In this document: piece by piece, positions 47,412-56,943 of the stretch
Numbering within the stretch: the stretch's first letter is position 1
Layout: every line of letters begins with the position of its first letter
From: a virus
Virus record (IMG/VR): IMGVR_UViG_3300020152_000019
Length of the DNA stretch: 64,000 bases
Strand: one strand, 5' to 3'
The notes under the pieces: model-generated
Databases searched by the model: none
Told to the model about the DNA's origin: nothing
What the model saw: the letters and a program-made list of their open reading frames with translations, nothing else
Translations under genes and position numbers: made by a program

Positions 47412-47633
47412 ATGCTCGACAATCTTCTACGGCTTCTTGGTTATCTGAAAAGCTTGAAGTTGGGCGATTTGGAAAACAGCATTGAAGTCATGGCTGAAGA
47501 AAAGAAACTTCATGTTAGTATCGGAACACGGCTTAATGACGATCAGTTGCTTAAAGCATCTAAGTTCATTGAAGTCGATCAGCTTGAAGTTCTTGTTCAG
47601 CCGAAAAGAACTTACTTCAGTTTAGTAGCATAA
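47412..47633 (+). CDS. ~70-aa paralog family protein
   Basis: LKSLKLGDLENSI motif. Confidence 0.7.
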   Translation: MLDNLLRLLGYLKSLKLGDLENSIEVMAEEKKLHVSIGTRLNDDQLLKASKFIEVDQLEVLVQPKRTYFSLVA

Positions 47634-47686
47634 ATAACAGAAGAGGACACATAGTCCTCTTCTTTCTTTTTATAAAGGAATAGAAA

Positions 47687-48013
47687 ATGTTTGATGCATT
47701 CACTGCTAAAACGATGTTGCAAAATGTTAATAGTAGTAACGTCGATCAAATGGCTGATCTCTATAAATCTCTGAATAATAATTCTGCTGGCGGTCCTACT
47801 GAAGAAGCTCGTGCTTTCTTTGAGCAGAATAAAGGCAAAGCTTGTAAGATCAGGTATACCGATCACGAAGGTATTGTTCTTCGCTTGAATGAAGCGACTG
47901 CTGGTTTCTATCCTGGTTCTGTGTTCCCTATTCACGTTGAAATCACCAACGGAGAAAACAAGGGAACGATTTTTGAATACGGTCTCGAACAAGTAGAGAT
48001 TGTTGGTAATTAA
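47687..48013 (+). CDS. hypothetical protein
   Basis: 108 aa, AAGGA RBS, flanked by terminators. Confidence 0.75.
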   Translation: MFDAFTAKTMLQNVNSSNVDQMADLYKSLNNNSAGGPTEEARAFFEQNKGKACKIRYTDHEGIVLRLNEATAGFYPGSVFPIHVEITNGENKGTIFEYGLEQVEIVGN

Positions 48014-48069
48014 TAAATAGAAGAGAGCCATGTAGCTCTCTTCATTTTTTCCTGGGCTAGGAGACAAGA

Positions 48070-48279
48070 ATGTATAAACAAGCTATCGAATTTTTGAATA
48101 GTCTTTCCTTAGGAGATTTTAGAGGAGAGATTGAAATACAAATAGAAATGAGTATAATCACTATTCGAATAGATGAAGTATTAAATAGAAAACATATTGA
48201 AGATGTAGCAGAAAAACTCAAGCGTGTTGTGGAGGTCACTGTTAACGATACTAACACAGTGATAGTTATTAGGCCGTAA
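48070..48279 (+). CDS. ~70-aa paralog family protein
   Basis: LNSLSLGDFRGEI motif. Confidence 0.75.
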   Translation: MYKQAIEFLNSLSLGDFRGEIEIQIEMSIITIRIDEVLNRKHIEDVAEKLKRVVEVTVNDTNTVIVIRP

Positions 48280-48292
48280 TTAAGGAGATAAA

Positions 48293-48508
48293 ATGATTCA
48301 AGTGGTTGGCGAAATCCTTACTAGTCTTTCGATGGAAGATTATAGAGGAGAAATCAATGTGATTCTAGAAGGAAACAGAATCAATATTGGATTCGATTGT
48401 ATTTTGACGCCCGACCAAATCCGAAGTATAGATATTGATAAGAAAGATACCTTGATGATTGGTATCGATGAACAAAAGAAAAAAAGCTATATTTCAGTAG
48501 ATCTTTAA
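48293..48508 (+). CDS. ~70-aa paralog family protein
   Basis: LTSLSMEDYRGEI motif. Confidence 0.75.
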   Translation: MIQVVGEILTSLSMEDYRGEINVILEGNRINIGFDCILTPDQIRSIDIDKKDTLMIGIDEQKKKSYISVDL

Positions 48509-48571
48509 GAGTGAGTTAAGAAGAGAGCACATAGCTCTCTTCTTTTTTTCTTTTTTCTGAAATAATTAAAG

Positions 48572-48582
48572 CTACATATATA
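48572..48582 (+). promoter_or_regulatory. CTACATATATA promoter-like motif
   Basis: one-mismatch motif copy followed by GTGA. Confidence 0.6.
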
Positions 48583-48611
48583 ATACGTGATACCAACTAT
48601 AGGAGAATTAA

Positions 48612-49313
48612 ATGCCTTTCACTTTGAGTTTGTTTAGGGAGTTTATAAAGTTTTTCATCCGAGTTGAAGGTGGTGGTAAAGAAGATAAAATAGATACTCT
48701 CACTTTCAATGTCATAGGTAATGTTAAAGTAAAGACGCCTGAAAAAGAATTTGAATTTCCTCTTGCAGTTACTATAGACGACGCATTCAATAAAACAGCT
48801 TCTTTGTTTAAAAGTAAAGACGGAGCTATTAGAATAGTATTCTATATTGATTTTCTTTCTAAGCTGTTAAACCATCCGTTTCGTAATGCTTTATTAGCCA
48901 CTTGTGCTCATGAAGTAGGACATTACTTAGCTGGACATTTTGATAACGATACATCCAGTGCATATCTGAACGTCAAGCCAGAAATACAGCAATTCTTCTT
49001 TAATCGTTATTCAGAAACTAAAGACGTTAAAGATGAAAACAACTACATGCGATGTGTTGCTACTTGCTTATTAAAAGGCGGAGTTATCGTAAGAGAACTG
49101 GAAGCCGATATACAAGCATTGAATTTTATTGATTTAGCAGATGTAGTCCATATGCACAGTTTAGATTTTGATAATAAAAAGAATCCATTTACTGTGTTAG
49201 AAAAGGTAAATAGAATTAAGCAACTGAATGCTTACGCACAGAAATACGAAATCGATACAGAAGGTTATGAATTACTGGTTGAATTTTATCAAAATAAATC
49301 AAAGGAGAACTAA
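48612..49313 (+). CDS. zincin-type metallopeptidase (M48/ImmA-like)
   Basis: CAHEVGHYLAGH and RELEADIQA. Confidence 0.7.
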   Translation: MPFTLSLFREFIKFFIRVEGGGKEDKIDTLTFNVIGNVKVKTPEKEFEFPLAVTIDDAFNKTASLFKSKDGAIRIVFYIDFLSKLLNHPFRNALLATCAHEVGHYLAGHFDNDTSSAYLNVKPEIQQFFFNRYSETKDVKDENNYMRCVATCLLKGGVIVRELEADIQALNFIDLADVVHMHSLDFDNKKNPFTVLEKVNRIKQLNAYAQKYEIDTEGYELLVEFYQNKSKEN

Positions 49314-50012
49314 ATGGAACTTGACGGAAAAGAGTTATATCGTTTCATTAAACATTTCGAAAATTTAGGAAGAGTGATAGAAATTACTTCCTTTGTTGAT
49401 TTTATCGGCTCGGGTGTAGTACAAACACCTAATAATAAATATGTGTTTAATATTTATAAAGTCGAAGATGAAAACATTACAAGATCTATAGCATATTCAG
49501 CTATAAACGAAGAAGGGGAGTTTGGTCTTGCTGTTCATAAAGACTTATACGATAAACTAACTTCTACTATACCTTCTGCTATTTCTATCCGAACGCTATG
49601 TCTTCGAGAAATCATTCGGATGGTGTTCTCGCATTTGCCAAATAATCTTCCTACTGAATTGGATGGAAACTATCCTTGGTTACTTGATAGAAGACCAGAA
49701 GATCAAATTTTCTATTATAAGCGTAGCATGATTGATCCTTTTAATCGAGAAGATACTCATTTGTTTTATAGATGTATAGTTGCGAATTTATTAAAAGGTG
49801 CGGTGAACATTAGAGAATATCTAATCGATAGAGAAGCTTCTACGTTTGTTGATGTGAAAGATCTCGCTGAAATACTAACTGAAGAAGTGAGACACACTGA
49901 TAACATATTTTTCCAATTAGAAAGAAACAATAGAGCGAAAAAACTTTTATCCGATGTTAAGGATGAAAGAATAAATATGCTGGAATATGATGTTGAAATC
50001 GATCTTATCTAA
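49314..50012 (+). CDS. degenerate paralog of the adjacent metallopeptidase
   Basis: YRCIVANLLKGAVNIREYLIDREA matches MRCVATCLLKGGVIVRELEADIQA; HEXXH replaced by REIIR. Confidence 0.6.
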   Translation: MELDGKELYRFIKHFENLGRVIEITSFVDFIGSGVVQTPNNKYVFNIYKVEDENITRSIAYSAINEEGEFGLAVHKDLYDKLTSTIPSAISIRTLCLREIIRMVFSHLPNNLPTELDGNYPWLLDRRPEDQIFYYKRSMIDPFNREDTHLFYRCIVANLLKGAVNIREYLIDREASTFVDVKDLAEILTEEVRHTDNIFFQLERNNRAKKLLSDVKDERINMLEYDVEIDLI

Positions 50013-50030
50013 AATTTGAATTAAATAGAG

Positions 50031-50041
50031 TTACATATATA
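50031..50041 (+). promoter_or_regulatory. TTACATATATA promoter-like motif
   Basis: motif copy. Confidence 0.7.
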
Positions 50042-50087
50042 ATGTGTGTAGTTCTCAATTGTCTTATTTAATAACTAAGGAGTTTAC

Positions 50088-50300
50088 ATGTTTAATCAAG
50101 TCATGGCTTTGCTCGCTGCTCTTCAACTGCAAGATTTCAAAGGTGAAATCTACACCAGTCTTGCAACTACCAAAGCCAGCGTCACTATTTTGCCGAAACT
50201 GCCTGATGAAAAGATTACCCTGATTCCGGCAGAGATTCGCGCTAAGGCTACTCTGATCACAGACGACGAAGATCAGACAATCATCACAATTCACCAGTAA
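50088..50300 (+). CDS. ~70-aa paralog family protein
   Basis: LAALQLQDFKGEI motif. Confidence 0.75.
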   Translation: MFNQVMALLAALQLQDFKGEIYTSLATTKASVTILPKLPDEKITLIPAEIRAKATLITDDEDQTIITIHQ

Positions 50301-50376
50301 TAACAATAAGAAGAAGGGACTTCGGTCTCTTCTTTTTTCTTTTGAATTTTTTGATTATATACTAAGGAAGTCCATT

Positions 50377-51744
50377 ATGGGTATCGTAAAACTTCAACCT
50401 GACGCACCAGCTCCAGGACAAACTACTTCACCGATTACTATCGAAGCTCCTGCTAAATCTATCTTTACTGCTTTAGTACCGGAATCTAAGATTAACTCTC
50501 TCTTGAAATATGTAGAAGGTTATCCTTGGACTGTGGATTTCTATGGTCAAATTCTCAACACCAATAACACGGTAGAGTACTTTGATCCTTCTACACCGAA
50601 TCTTACACAACCTTATTACAAGGTTAATAAACTTATACTTCAAGTATCTTCTCCGTTATCCAGTTCCTATGATCAATCCAATGGCATCACGACTATCACT
50701 GGGTCAGCAATTACACCTTATAAAATTACCCCTAATGTGGGTGACGTGTTTATCGCACAAGTAGACTCCGGCGAAGACGCTATCTTTATTATTAACACCG
50801 TTACTCGTAAAACCCATCGTAAAGACACGTTGTATGAGATTTCTTATTCCCTGTACTCTTATACTTCATCTAATCCTAATTTCATTACTACACTTTTATC
50901 CAGAGTTAATGACGAATATTTTTTTAACAGTGATACAGATTTTTTTAACAGAGATATCCTCATTAAGCCATCTGTTAAGGAAGCTATTGATCGTTTAAGA
51001 GGATTCTTGTACGAGTCTCAAGACTTTTACTTTAATACCTTTGCTCAAAAACAAACTGGTTCTATTTTAATCCCTGGTATCCAGTATAATGTATATGATC
51101 CGCTTTTATTGAGTTTCATCTCGAAGATAGTCGATTACAGTGTATTAGTAAATACTTCGTTCTATAGATATACTTATTTCTCTGCTCAGATTGACCAACC
51201 ATCTCTCTTTGATGCTTTGCTTAATCGTTCTGCTAGCTATCTTGCTACGATTAATAAAACTTATAACTTTGTGTCAGCATCAGCTATTCCCAATAAAGCG
51301 AGGTTTGGTAGCGCTTATCATGCCGGTGTAGATTACATTCTTCACCCGACTAATCCAGATCGTAGAACTGAAATTGGTAGTGTACGTTCTGTGGATTCTC
51401 ATGAATTCATTAATACAGTTAAGACTACGAAGAATTATTCAGGCGCTGCACCTATCATCATTAAGACTACCAATAACAACCAAGTCTTTGATAAACCATT
51501 ACTTCATCAGTTGTTTGAAGAAGATTACTATATCGTTAGTAAGAACTTCTATGAGTATCAAACTGATAACTCCGCATATGAAGATATTAGTTATATGGAG
51601 TTAATGATTCATAAGTTCTTAAATAAACAAGCTATTGCAAAAGAAGACTTAGCTATAGCGGTAGAAAAGTATATGAATTGGTCTTTACTGCATCAATTAT
51701 ATTTGTTACCTGTAATGTGGTTGATTGTGAAAGCAAGCACTTAA
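50377..51744 (+). CDS. putative virion structural protein
   Basis: 455 aa; YVEGYPWTVDFY...PNVGDVF pattern seen in phiKZ-like structural proteins (recalled). Confidence 0.55.
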   Translation: MGIVKLQPDAPAPGQTTSPITIEAPAKSIFTALVPESKINSLLKYVEGYPWTVDFYGQILNTNNTVEYFDPSTPNLTQPYYKVNKLILQVSSPLSSSYDQSNGITTITGSAITPYKITPNVGDVFIAQVDSGEDAIFIINTVTRKTHRKDTLYEISYSLYSYTSSNPNFITTLLSRVNDEYFFNSDTDFFNRDILIKPSVKEAIDRLRGFLYESQDFYFNTFAQKQTGSILIPGIQYNVYDPLLLSFISKIVDYSVLVNTSFYRYTYFSAQIDQPSLFDALLNRSASYLATINKTYNFVSASAIPNKARFGSAYHAGVDYILHPTNPDRRTEIGSVRSVDSHEFINTVKTTKNYSGAAPIIIKTTNNNQVFDKPLLHQLFEEDYYIVSKNFYEYQTDNSAYEDISYMELMIHKFLNKQAIAKEDLAIAVEKYMNWSLLHQLYLLPVMWLIVKAST

Positions 51745-51794
51745 AAGAAGAGAAGGGATCGCTCCCTTCTCTTCTTATCTTGAATTTTTTATGA

Positions 51795-51805
51795 TTACAT
51801 ATATA
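51795..51805 (+). promoter_or_regulatory. TTACATATATA promoter-like motif
   Basis: motif copy with TTGAA and GTGA. Confidence 0.7.
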
Positions 51806-51837
51806 GTATGTGATCTTACCGGATAAGGAGTTTTACT

Positions 51838-52086
51838 ATGTCGGATAAACCTACACCATACCTATTAGGTAAGAATAAAGCTTTTTTAGATAAATGTCAA
51901 GAAAGAGCTAAAAGAGCTTCTCAAGAATTAGATAAACTTGAGAAAGGTGTAGTGAAAGACTATATAATTGTAAGACTTTACATACTAGATAAAATATTTA
52001 CTAACAAAGATTTTAGCAGTAGAACTCTTCACACAGTTGAAGCGCAGTTAGAAGAAATAGAAGCTATTCTTAATATTAATAACTAA
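51838..52086 (+). CDS. hypothetical protein
   Basis: 82 aa, AAGGAG RBS. Confidence 0.7.
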   Translation: MSDKPTPYLLGKNKAFLDKCQERAKRASQELDKLEKGVVKDYIIVRLYILDKIFTNKDFSSRTLHTVEAQLEEIEAILNINN

Positions 52087-52096
52087 GGAGTTAATA

Positions 52097-52507
52097 ATGA
52101 ATATCAATACTGATTCAATCTTTAAAGAAGCTCTGCAAGAATTTCTTCCGGATTTCAAGAAGAAAGCGAAAGACTTCTTCCGTACTTTCTTTGAGCGGAG
52201 ATTGGGAGCTTACTTTCTTGATCCGCACGAAGTGCAGAAGATGAAGCAAGATCCGGGAATGGCTCGTTTCCGTGGTATTAATCCGAACGATCAAGATCTA
52301 GGGTTGGCTTACAATATGATCGATGGTTTCATTACGGAAAACATTCTGGAAGAAAACTTCAAGCAATATATGGAAGATTACATGAAGACCAACTTCCAGA
52401 AACATCTCGACGAAGCGATGGATAAAGCTATGAAACACAAAGCAAGTTCCATGGCTTTTCATGCTATTCGTAACCGTGCCATGGAAAACTCATACGCAAA
52501 ACGGTAA
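52097..52507 (+). CDS. hypothetical protein
   Basis: 136 aa, AAGGAG RBS. Confidence 0.8.
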   Translation: MNINTDSIFKEALQEFLPDFKKKAKDFFRTFFERRLGAYFLDPHEVQKMKQDPGMARFRGINPNDQDLGLAYNMIDGFITENILEENFKQYMEDYMKTNFQKHLDEAMDKAMKHKASSMAFHAIRNRAMENSYAKR

Positions 52508-52544
52508 ATAATAAGAAGAGAACCTTAACGGTTCTCTTCTTTTT

Positions 52545-52838
52545 TTATCTAACATTGACCGCTCTTAGTCCTTGTGATGTTCTTTGTTGATTATTAAGTA
52601 ACATCTCAATCATGCGCTCTTGACGACTTTGAGATTCTACTAGAGCTTGTGTTCTTTCTTCCGTTCGACTCAATTGAATCCGCATCTCTTTAATTTCTTT
52701 CTGCGTCTCACTGTGCTGTTTCACCGTTTCTTCCAGCGTTTGAATCTTTAATGTACCTTGACCATACGCTACGGAGATAGAAAAGAACACTGTAATTAAG
52801 AACCAATATTTCCTCAACCATTCTGCTGTATTTTTCAT
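52545..52838 (-). CDS. single-TM coiled-coil membrane protein
   Basis: GGAGG RBS before MKNTAEW; TM segment YWFLITVFFSISVAYG. Confidence 0.65.
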   Translation of the reverse strand: MKNTAEWLRKYWFLITVFFSISVAYGQGTLKIQTLEETVKQHSETQKEIKEMRIQLSRTEERTQALVESQSRQERMIEMLLNNQQRTSQGLRAVNVR

Positions 52839-53016
52839 TATTACCTCCATCCTAAATTAACCGATAAATTACATATCAGTATTACAAACATACAAAAGAA
52901 CATTGTAATTATGAACCTATGTTCCCTTAGCCATCCTATAAAATTCTTCACCACAGCCTCCCTTAAAATAAATATATCAATGAATTATGTATTGACTGTG
53001 CTTGAAATTTCTTTGA

Positions 53017-53027
53017 TTACATATATA
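53017..53027 (+). promoter_or_regulatory. TTACATATATA promoter-like motif
   Basis: motif copy with TTGAA and GTGA. Confidence 0.7.
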
Positions 53028-53066
53028 TTAGGTGACTCTACTCTGTTAATTATTTAAGGGGGTAAC

Positions 53067-53495
53067 ATGAATACGACTTACAATATCGATCATAAGGATT
53101 TCGAAGTAGCGAAACCGAAAGATCTTCTTGAAATCTTTAAGAAGAATAAGAACATCACGATTAAACGTCGACAAGACGAAGAAATCAGTATTACTTATAC
53201 CAGTGGTTTGCCTTACGGTATTCGTTTTGCTGAAGTGATTGTACTCCAACATAGGAAGAGTAATCCTCCTCCGGTTCATACTCCTGATGATGATTGGACT
53301 GTCACCATCATTTATCAGAAAGTGCTGTCGCCTTTGGATTTCAAGAAGGCTATTGCAAACCTGCGTTTGTACTACAACAACATGGTTCAGGGTAAGAAAA
53401 CTAATATCAAAGATCTTACCCCTGAAGAGATTGAAGAGATTGTCTGGACTCTGAATGCTCCGATAGGAGAAGACAGGGTCTATGCTCCTAATTAA
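53067..53495 (+). CDS. hypothetical protein
   Basis: 142 aa with RBS. Confidence 0.8.
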   Translation: MNTTYNIDHKDFEVAKPKDLLEIFKKNKNITIKRRQDEEISITYTSGLPYGIRFAEVIVLQHRKSNPPPVHTPDDDWTVTIIYQKVLSPLDFKKAIANLRLYYNNMVQGKKTNIKDLTPEEIEEIVWTLNAPIGEDRVYAPN

Positions 53496-53591
53496 TTGTG
53501 TTCCCTTTTGCTACCAGAGACTAACCTCTCTGGTAGTTTTTTTTTCACGTAAATATAAAATTTAGTGATTATAACATTAAGGATTTCTATC

Positions 53592-54137
53592 ATGTCCTTC
53601 GCAAGTCAACATGCTAGTAAGATATGGAATAAACTGTATGTAGTATTAATCCCGGATCAAGTTACTTTAGAAAAAGGATATATTCAGAAATTTGGTACTC
53701 ATGTCACTGGCAACAAACAAGTAGATGAGATGCTAAGTAAGAATCAGACACGGGTAATGATTCCGGTGATTAAGATTCTTGAATACTTCGAAGATGGTAT
53801 TGAAGTACAAATACCTTCACGAGAAGATATGATCCAAATGCATAAAGATATGGAAGCTTATCTCGCAGAATGGAGAGACCATATCAAATTCGATATTAAT
53901 TTAAGTGTGAATCAAAATAAAGAGTTATTGCTTGCTTTAGAAAAGCTTTCTAAGCATATTTACGAGAAAGCTCGACCAAGGGAACTTATTGACAACCTGT
54001 TCTTGAGTAAGCGCATTGGTATTGTGAATCCTCTGCAACAAGTTGCGGAACAAAAGAAAGAAGTCGTCAAACCGGATTATGAAGGAATCGGTAGACTGGT
54101 GCGGAGTAAAACACCGAAACCTCAAGGTAGATTCTAA
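53592..54137 (+). CDS. hypothetical protein
   Basis: ATG at 53592 after AAGGA. Confidence 0.75.
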   Translation: MSFASQHASKIWNKLYVVLIPDQVTLEKGYIQKFGTHVTGNKQVDEMLSKNQTRVMIPVIKILEYFEDGIEVQIPSREDMIQMHKDMEAYLAEWRDHIKFDINLSVNQNKELLLALEKLSKHIYEKARPRELIDNLFLSKRIGIVNPLQQVAEQKKEVVKPDYEGIGRLVRSKTPKPQGRF

Positions 54138-54172
54138 GAGAGTATTTAAGAAAAAACACTAAGGGAGTTATT

Positions 54173-54415
54173 ATGATAGAGAGCAGTATTAACAATGTTA
54201 TTATTGACGGTAAGTCGTATATCGGTATTAATGATTTCAAAGTAGAAGATCTCGAAGAGCTTTTGCGTTTAGCTACTAGAGACGTTGAGTACTATAAAAA
54301 GTTTCCTAAAAAGTCTAGTGCTTATCTTGGCCTTCTGATAGAAAGAAGAGAAAAGGTATTGATTCATCTAGGAAATAAATGTCAAGAAAAACATAAGAAT
54401 AGATTCACAGCGTAA
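54173..54415 (+). CDS. hypothetical protein
   Basis: 80 aa, GGGAG RBS. Confidence 0.7.
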   Translation: MIESSINNVIIDGKSYIGINDFKVEDLEELLRLATRDVEYYKKFPKKSSAYLGLLIERREKVLIHLGNKCQEKHKNRFTA

Positions 54416-54431
54416 TTATTAAGGAACTATT

Positions 54432-54764
54432 GTGGCTACTAGACATTTTGTTAAGAACGAAGTAGTACGTTGGATTGACGGTGATACTGTTGTATTAAAC
54501 GTCGATCTTGGCTTTAAAATCTGGTCCGCACAAACGTTTAGACTAGCCAGAATTAATACACCAGAAAAAGGTAAACCTGGTTACGCTGAAGCAGTCAATC
54601 GAGTAAATCAATTAGCTCCTGTAGGTTCTATCGTTGCTATTGATTGCGTAGGGCTTGATAAGTATGGTCGATGGGTGGCAGAAGTATTTGTACCTAATGC
54701 ACTTGGTATGAATATTTCTGTAAATCAGACTCTTATTAGTGAAAACTTAGCGGTTGTTTATTAA
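54432..54764 (+). CDS. thermonuclease (staphylococcal-nuclease-like)
   Basis: IDGDTV, RLARINTPE, DKYGRWVA. Confidence 0.85.
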   Translation: MATRHFVKNEVVRWIDGDTVVLNVDLGFKIWSAQTFRLARINTPEKGKPGYAEAVNRVNQLAPVGSIVAIDCVGLDKYGRWVAEVFVPNALGMNISVNQTLISENLAVVY

Positions 54765-54800
54765 CTTTTGTTCACGTTAAGAATAATATAGAAGGTTAAA

Positions 54801-55445
54801 ATGAATAAAAAGAAAGTTCTTTTAGCTTGGTCGGGTGGATTAGATTCGACATATTTAATTCAATACTATCTACAAGCAGGTTATTCTGTTGATGTTGTAA
54901 ATTGTAGTTTTCAGAATTCTTCTCAAACTCAAATGAAACGAGAAGATAAAGCCATTAAAAAAATGTTGAAGGGTTACTTTAAAGATAAAGATGTGAAGCT
55001 GTTAGGGAAGTCTACTATAACCTTTACAGGATATTCTTTTAGTAAACTGTTTTTAGGTCAAGTTCCAACTTGGGTTTATAACCTAATCAATTATTTAAAC
55101 TCCGAGCACACTGAAGTGGCGGTCGGATATGTAATGAACGATGATGCTATTTCATTCTTAGATGATATTCGTAAACTCTGGAATAGTTATGCTGGTTTAG
55201 TAAAAGAAACACTACCACCCTTGGTGTTTCCTCTTATTAAATATACGAAAACGTTTATCTATGGAGATTTACATCCAGAGTTAAAAAAACATATCACTTG
55301 GTGTGAAAGCTTTGGACCGGCAGATCTTTGTGGTACTTGTCATTCTTGTAGACGCATGATTGATCTAGGAATACAAACACCACCTATGATTCAGATAGAA
55401 GAGCCTATGAAACCACAATCTATTAAGAAAACAAGAAAGAAGTAA
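54801..55445 (+). CDS. queC: QueC-family PP-loop ATPase
   Basis: LAWSGGLDST PP-loop; TWC...CGTCHSC zinc site. Confidence 0.75.
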   Translation: MNKKKVLLAWSGGLDSTYLIQYYLQAGYSVDVVNCSFQNSSQTQMKREDKAIKKMLKGYFKDKDVKLLGKSTITFTGYSFSKLFLGQVPTWVYNLINYLNSEHTEVAVGYVMNDDAISFLDDIRKLWNSYAGLVKETLPPLVFPLIKYTKTFIYGDLHPELKKHITWCESFGPADLCGTCHSCRRMIDLGIQTPPMIQIEEPMKPQSIKKTRKK

Positions 55446-55531
55446 ATAACAGACAAGAGAGGATAAACCTCTCTTGTCTTTTTTTATTGTTGGCAATATC
55501 TTCTGATCGTATTTTACTAAGGGAGAATATA

Positions 55532-55804
55532 ATGGCTAAATATATTGTTGTTAAGCACGCTGGGGACAGTGCATGGGAATATTATTTTGTTTCTGACCCT
55601 AAAGAGTTCGATTGCCATATCAGCGTTTCCGCATTCTATACTCCTACCGGTAATGAGATTTGCAATCTTTATTATACCGAAGAACAACATGATCTTGCGC
55701 TACAACACTGCGCGAAGATGAATGAAGTTAATCCTTCTGGACATTATCGTGTATGCCGTGTCTCGGAAGACAGTTTAAAAGAAGTATTAGAACAGAAGGA
55801 ATAA
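55532..55804 (+). CDS. hypothetical protein
   Basis: GGGAG RBS before MAKYIVV. Confidence 0.75.
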   Translation: MAKYIVVKHAGDSAWEYYFVSDPKEFDCHISVSAFYTPTGNEICNLYYTEEQHDLALQHCAKMNEVNPSGHYRVCRVSEDSLKEVLEQKE

Positions 55805-55806
55805 CC

Positions 55807-56139
55807 ATGTTAGATTACGTAACCCAAATAGTAGTTTACTTAGTAATGGTCAGTGTCGCGGCTGAACGCTTGACAGATATTTTTAAGCGTGTATTTGTAG
55901 AAACATTCAAAATACCTACCTTTAATGGAGCGTTATATCAAGCTTTTGCTTGTATATTCGGAGCCCTTATAGCTCGTATAAGTCCGCCAGATATTCCTGT
56001 TATCCATTTAAATGAATATGTTCTAGTCATTATTATCGGATTAGCTGTTTCCGGTGGTAGTGGTGCTTGGAACAGTATCTTAGATATTCTTAAGCAATTA
56101 TCTGCTAGTAAGAAAATAGAAAACAATATTAAAGGATAA
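55807..56139 (+). CDS. holin-like multi-TM membrane protein
   Basis: three hydrophobic segments, GLAVSGGS...ILDIL, basic C-terminus. Confidence 0.5.
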   Translation: MLDYVTQIVVYLVMVSVAAERLTDIFKRVFVETFKIPTFNGALYQAFACIFGALIARISPPDIPVIHLNEYVLVIIIGLAVSGGSGAWNSILDILKQLSASKKIENNIKG

Positions 56140-56142
56140 ATC

Positions 56143-56463
56143 ATGACTTTATATCATGATTCTCTTTTTAATCCAAGACAACCGACAGCTATTTTTAGTA
56201 ACGCTAGCTTATCTCCTACCAATAGTTCTGCATCAACGGTTGGTAACATTAAGATGAAGTTAGCAATTATAGATTGCTTAACCAACGGTACAAATACATA
56301 TACAATATCTAGTTCAGTTAATACAAATGTGCTTAAACAAGAACTAAAGAAATTACAGAAAATACTTCAGAAGCATCCAAAACGTACTGATATTAAATTA
56401 AGAATATTAGAAATTCAAAAACAAATTAAAGAGGAACATAAAAATGCAAAACAACGAGTGTAA
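56143..56463 (+). CDS. hypothetical protein
   Basis: 106 aa, AAGGA RBS. Confidence 0.6.
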   Translation: MTLYHDSLFNPRQPTAIFSNASLSPTNSSASTVGNIKMKLAIIDCLTNGTNTYTISSSVNTNVLKQELKKLQKILQKHPKRTDIKLRILEIQKQIKEEHKNAKQRV

Positions 56464-56635
56464 GACATGTAAGAAATGTAATAGTAAAGGTGACGGTATC
56501 GGTGATACTCTTTTAGGTTGCATGATTGCCGTCATTCTTCTTTTCGTTTTATTTAATGGTGAACCGAATATTGCGGAAAGCTTAAGAGTAGTTGCACAAC
56601 GCTGGGCTGAAACATTTGGATATTGTAATCGTTAG
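56444..56635 (+). CDS. small membrane protein with CxxCxxC
   Basis: CKTCKKC plus a hydrophobic stretch; GAGGA RBS. Confidence 0.65.
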   Translation: MQNNECKTCKKCNSKGDGIGDTLLGCMIAVILLFVLFNGEPNIAESLRVVAQRWAETFGYCNR

Positions 56636-56672
56636 TAGAAGAAGTTAATACTAAACTATACTGGAGTCTAAC

Positions 56673-56906
56673 ATGTCTATTGATTATAAAAAACTAGAAA
56701 CAATGGAAGAATGTGAAAGAGATGCTTACTTAAAAACTCTTCCTAAAGAAAATCTATTAAAGATTCTAGAACATTATACTGAAAAGCTGTTGACTTGCAC
56801 ACAACGGATGACTGAGGTGGCTTATGAAAGATTGGATCAACAACTTCCTACTCATTTGCCGTCTAAAGTTGAAACTAACAATTTACTTAATAGACTAATG
56901 TCTTAA
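56673..56906 (+). CDS. hypothetical protein
   Basis: 77 aa, GGAG RBS. Confidence 0.7.
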   Translation: MSIDYKKLETMEECERDAYLKTLPKENLLKILEHYTEKLLTCTQRMTEVAYERLDQQLPTHLPSKVETNNLLNRLMS

Positions 56907-56943
56907 GAGGTTTTACAATTAAATATAAATAGGAGAAGGGGTT

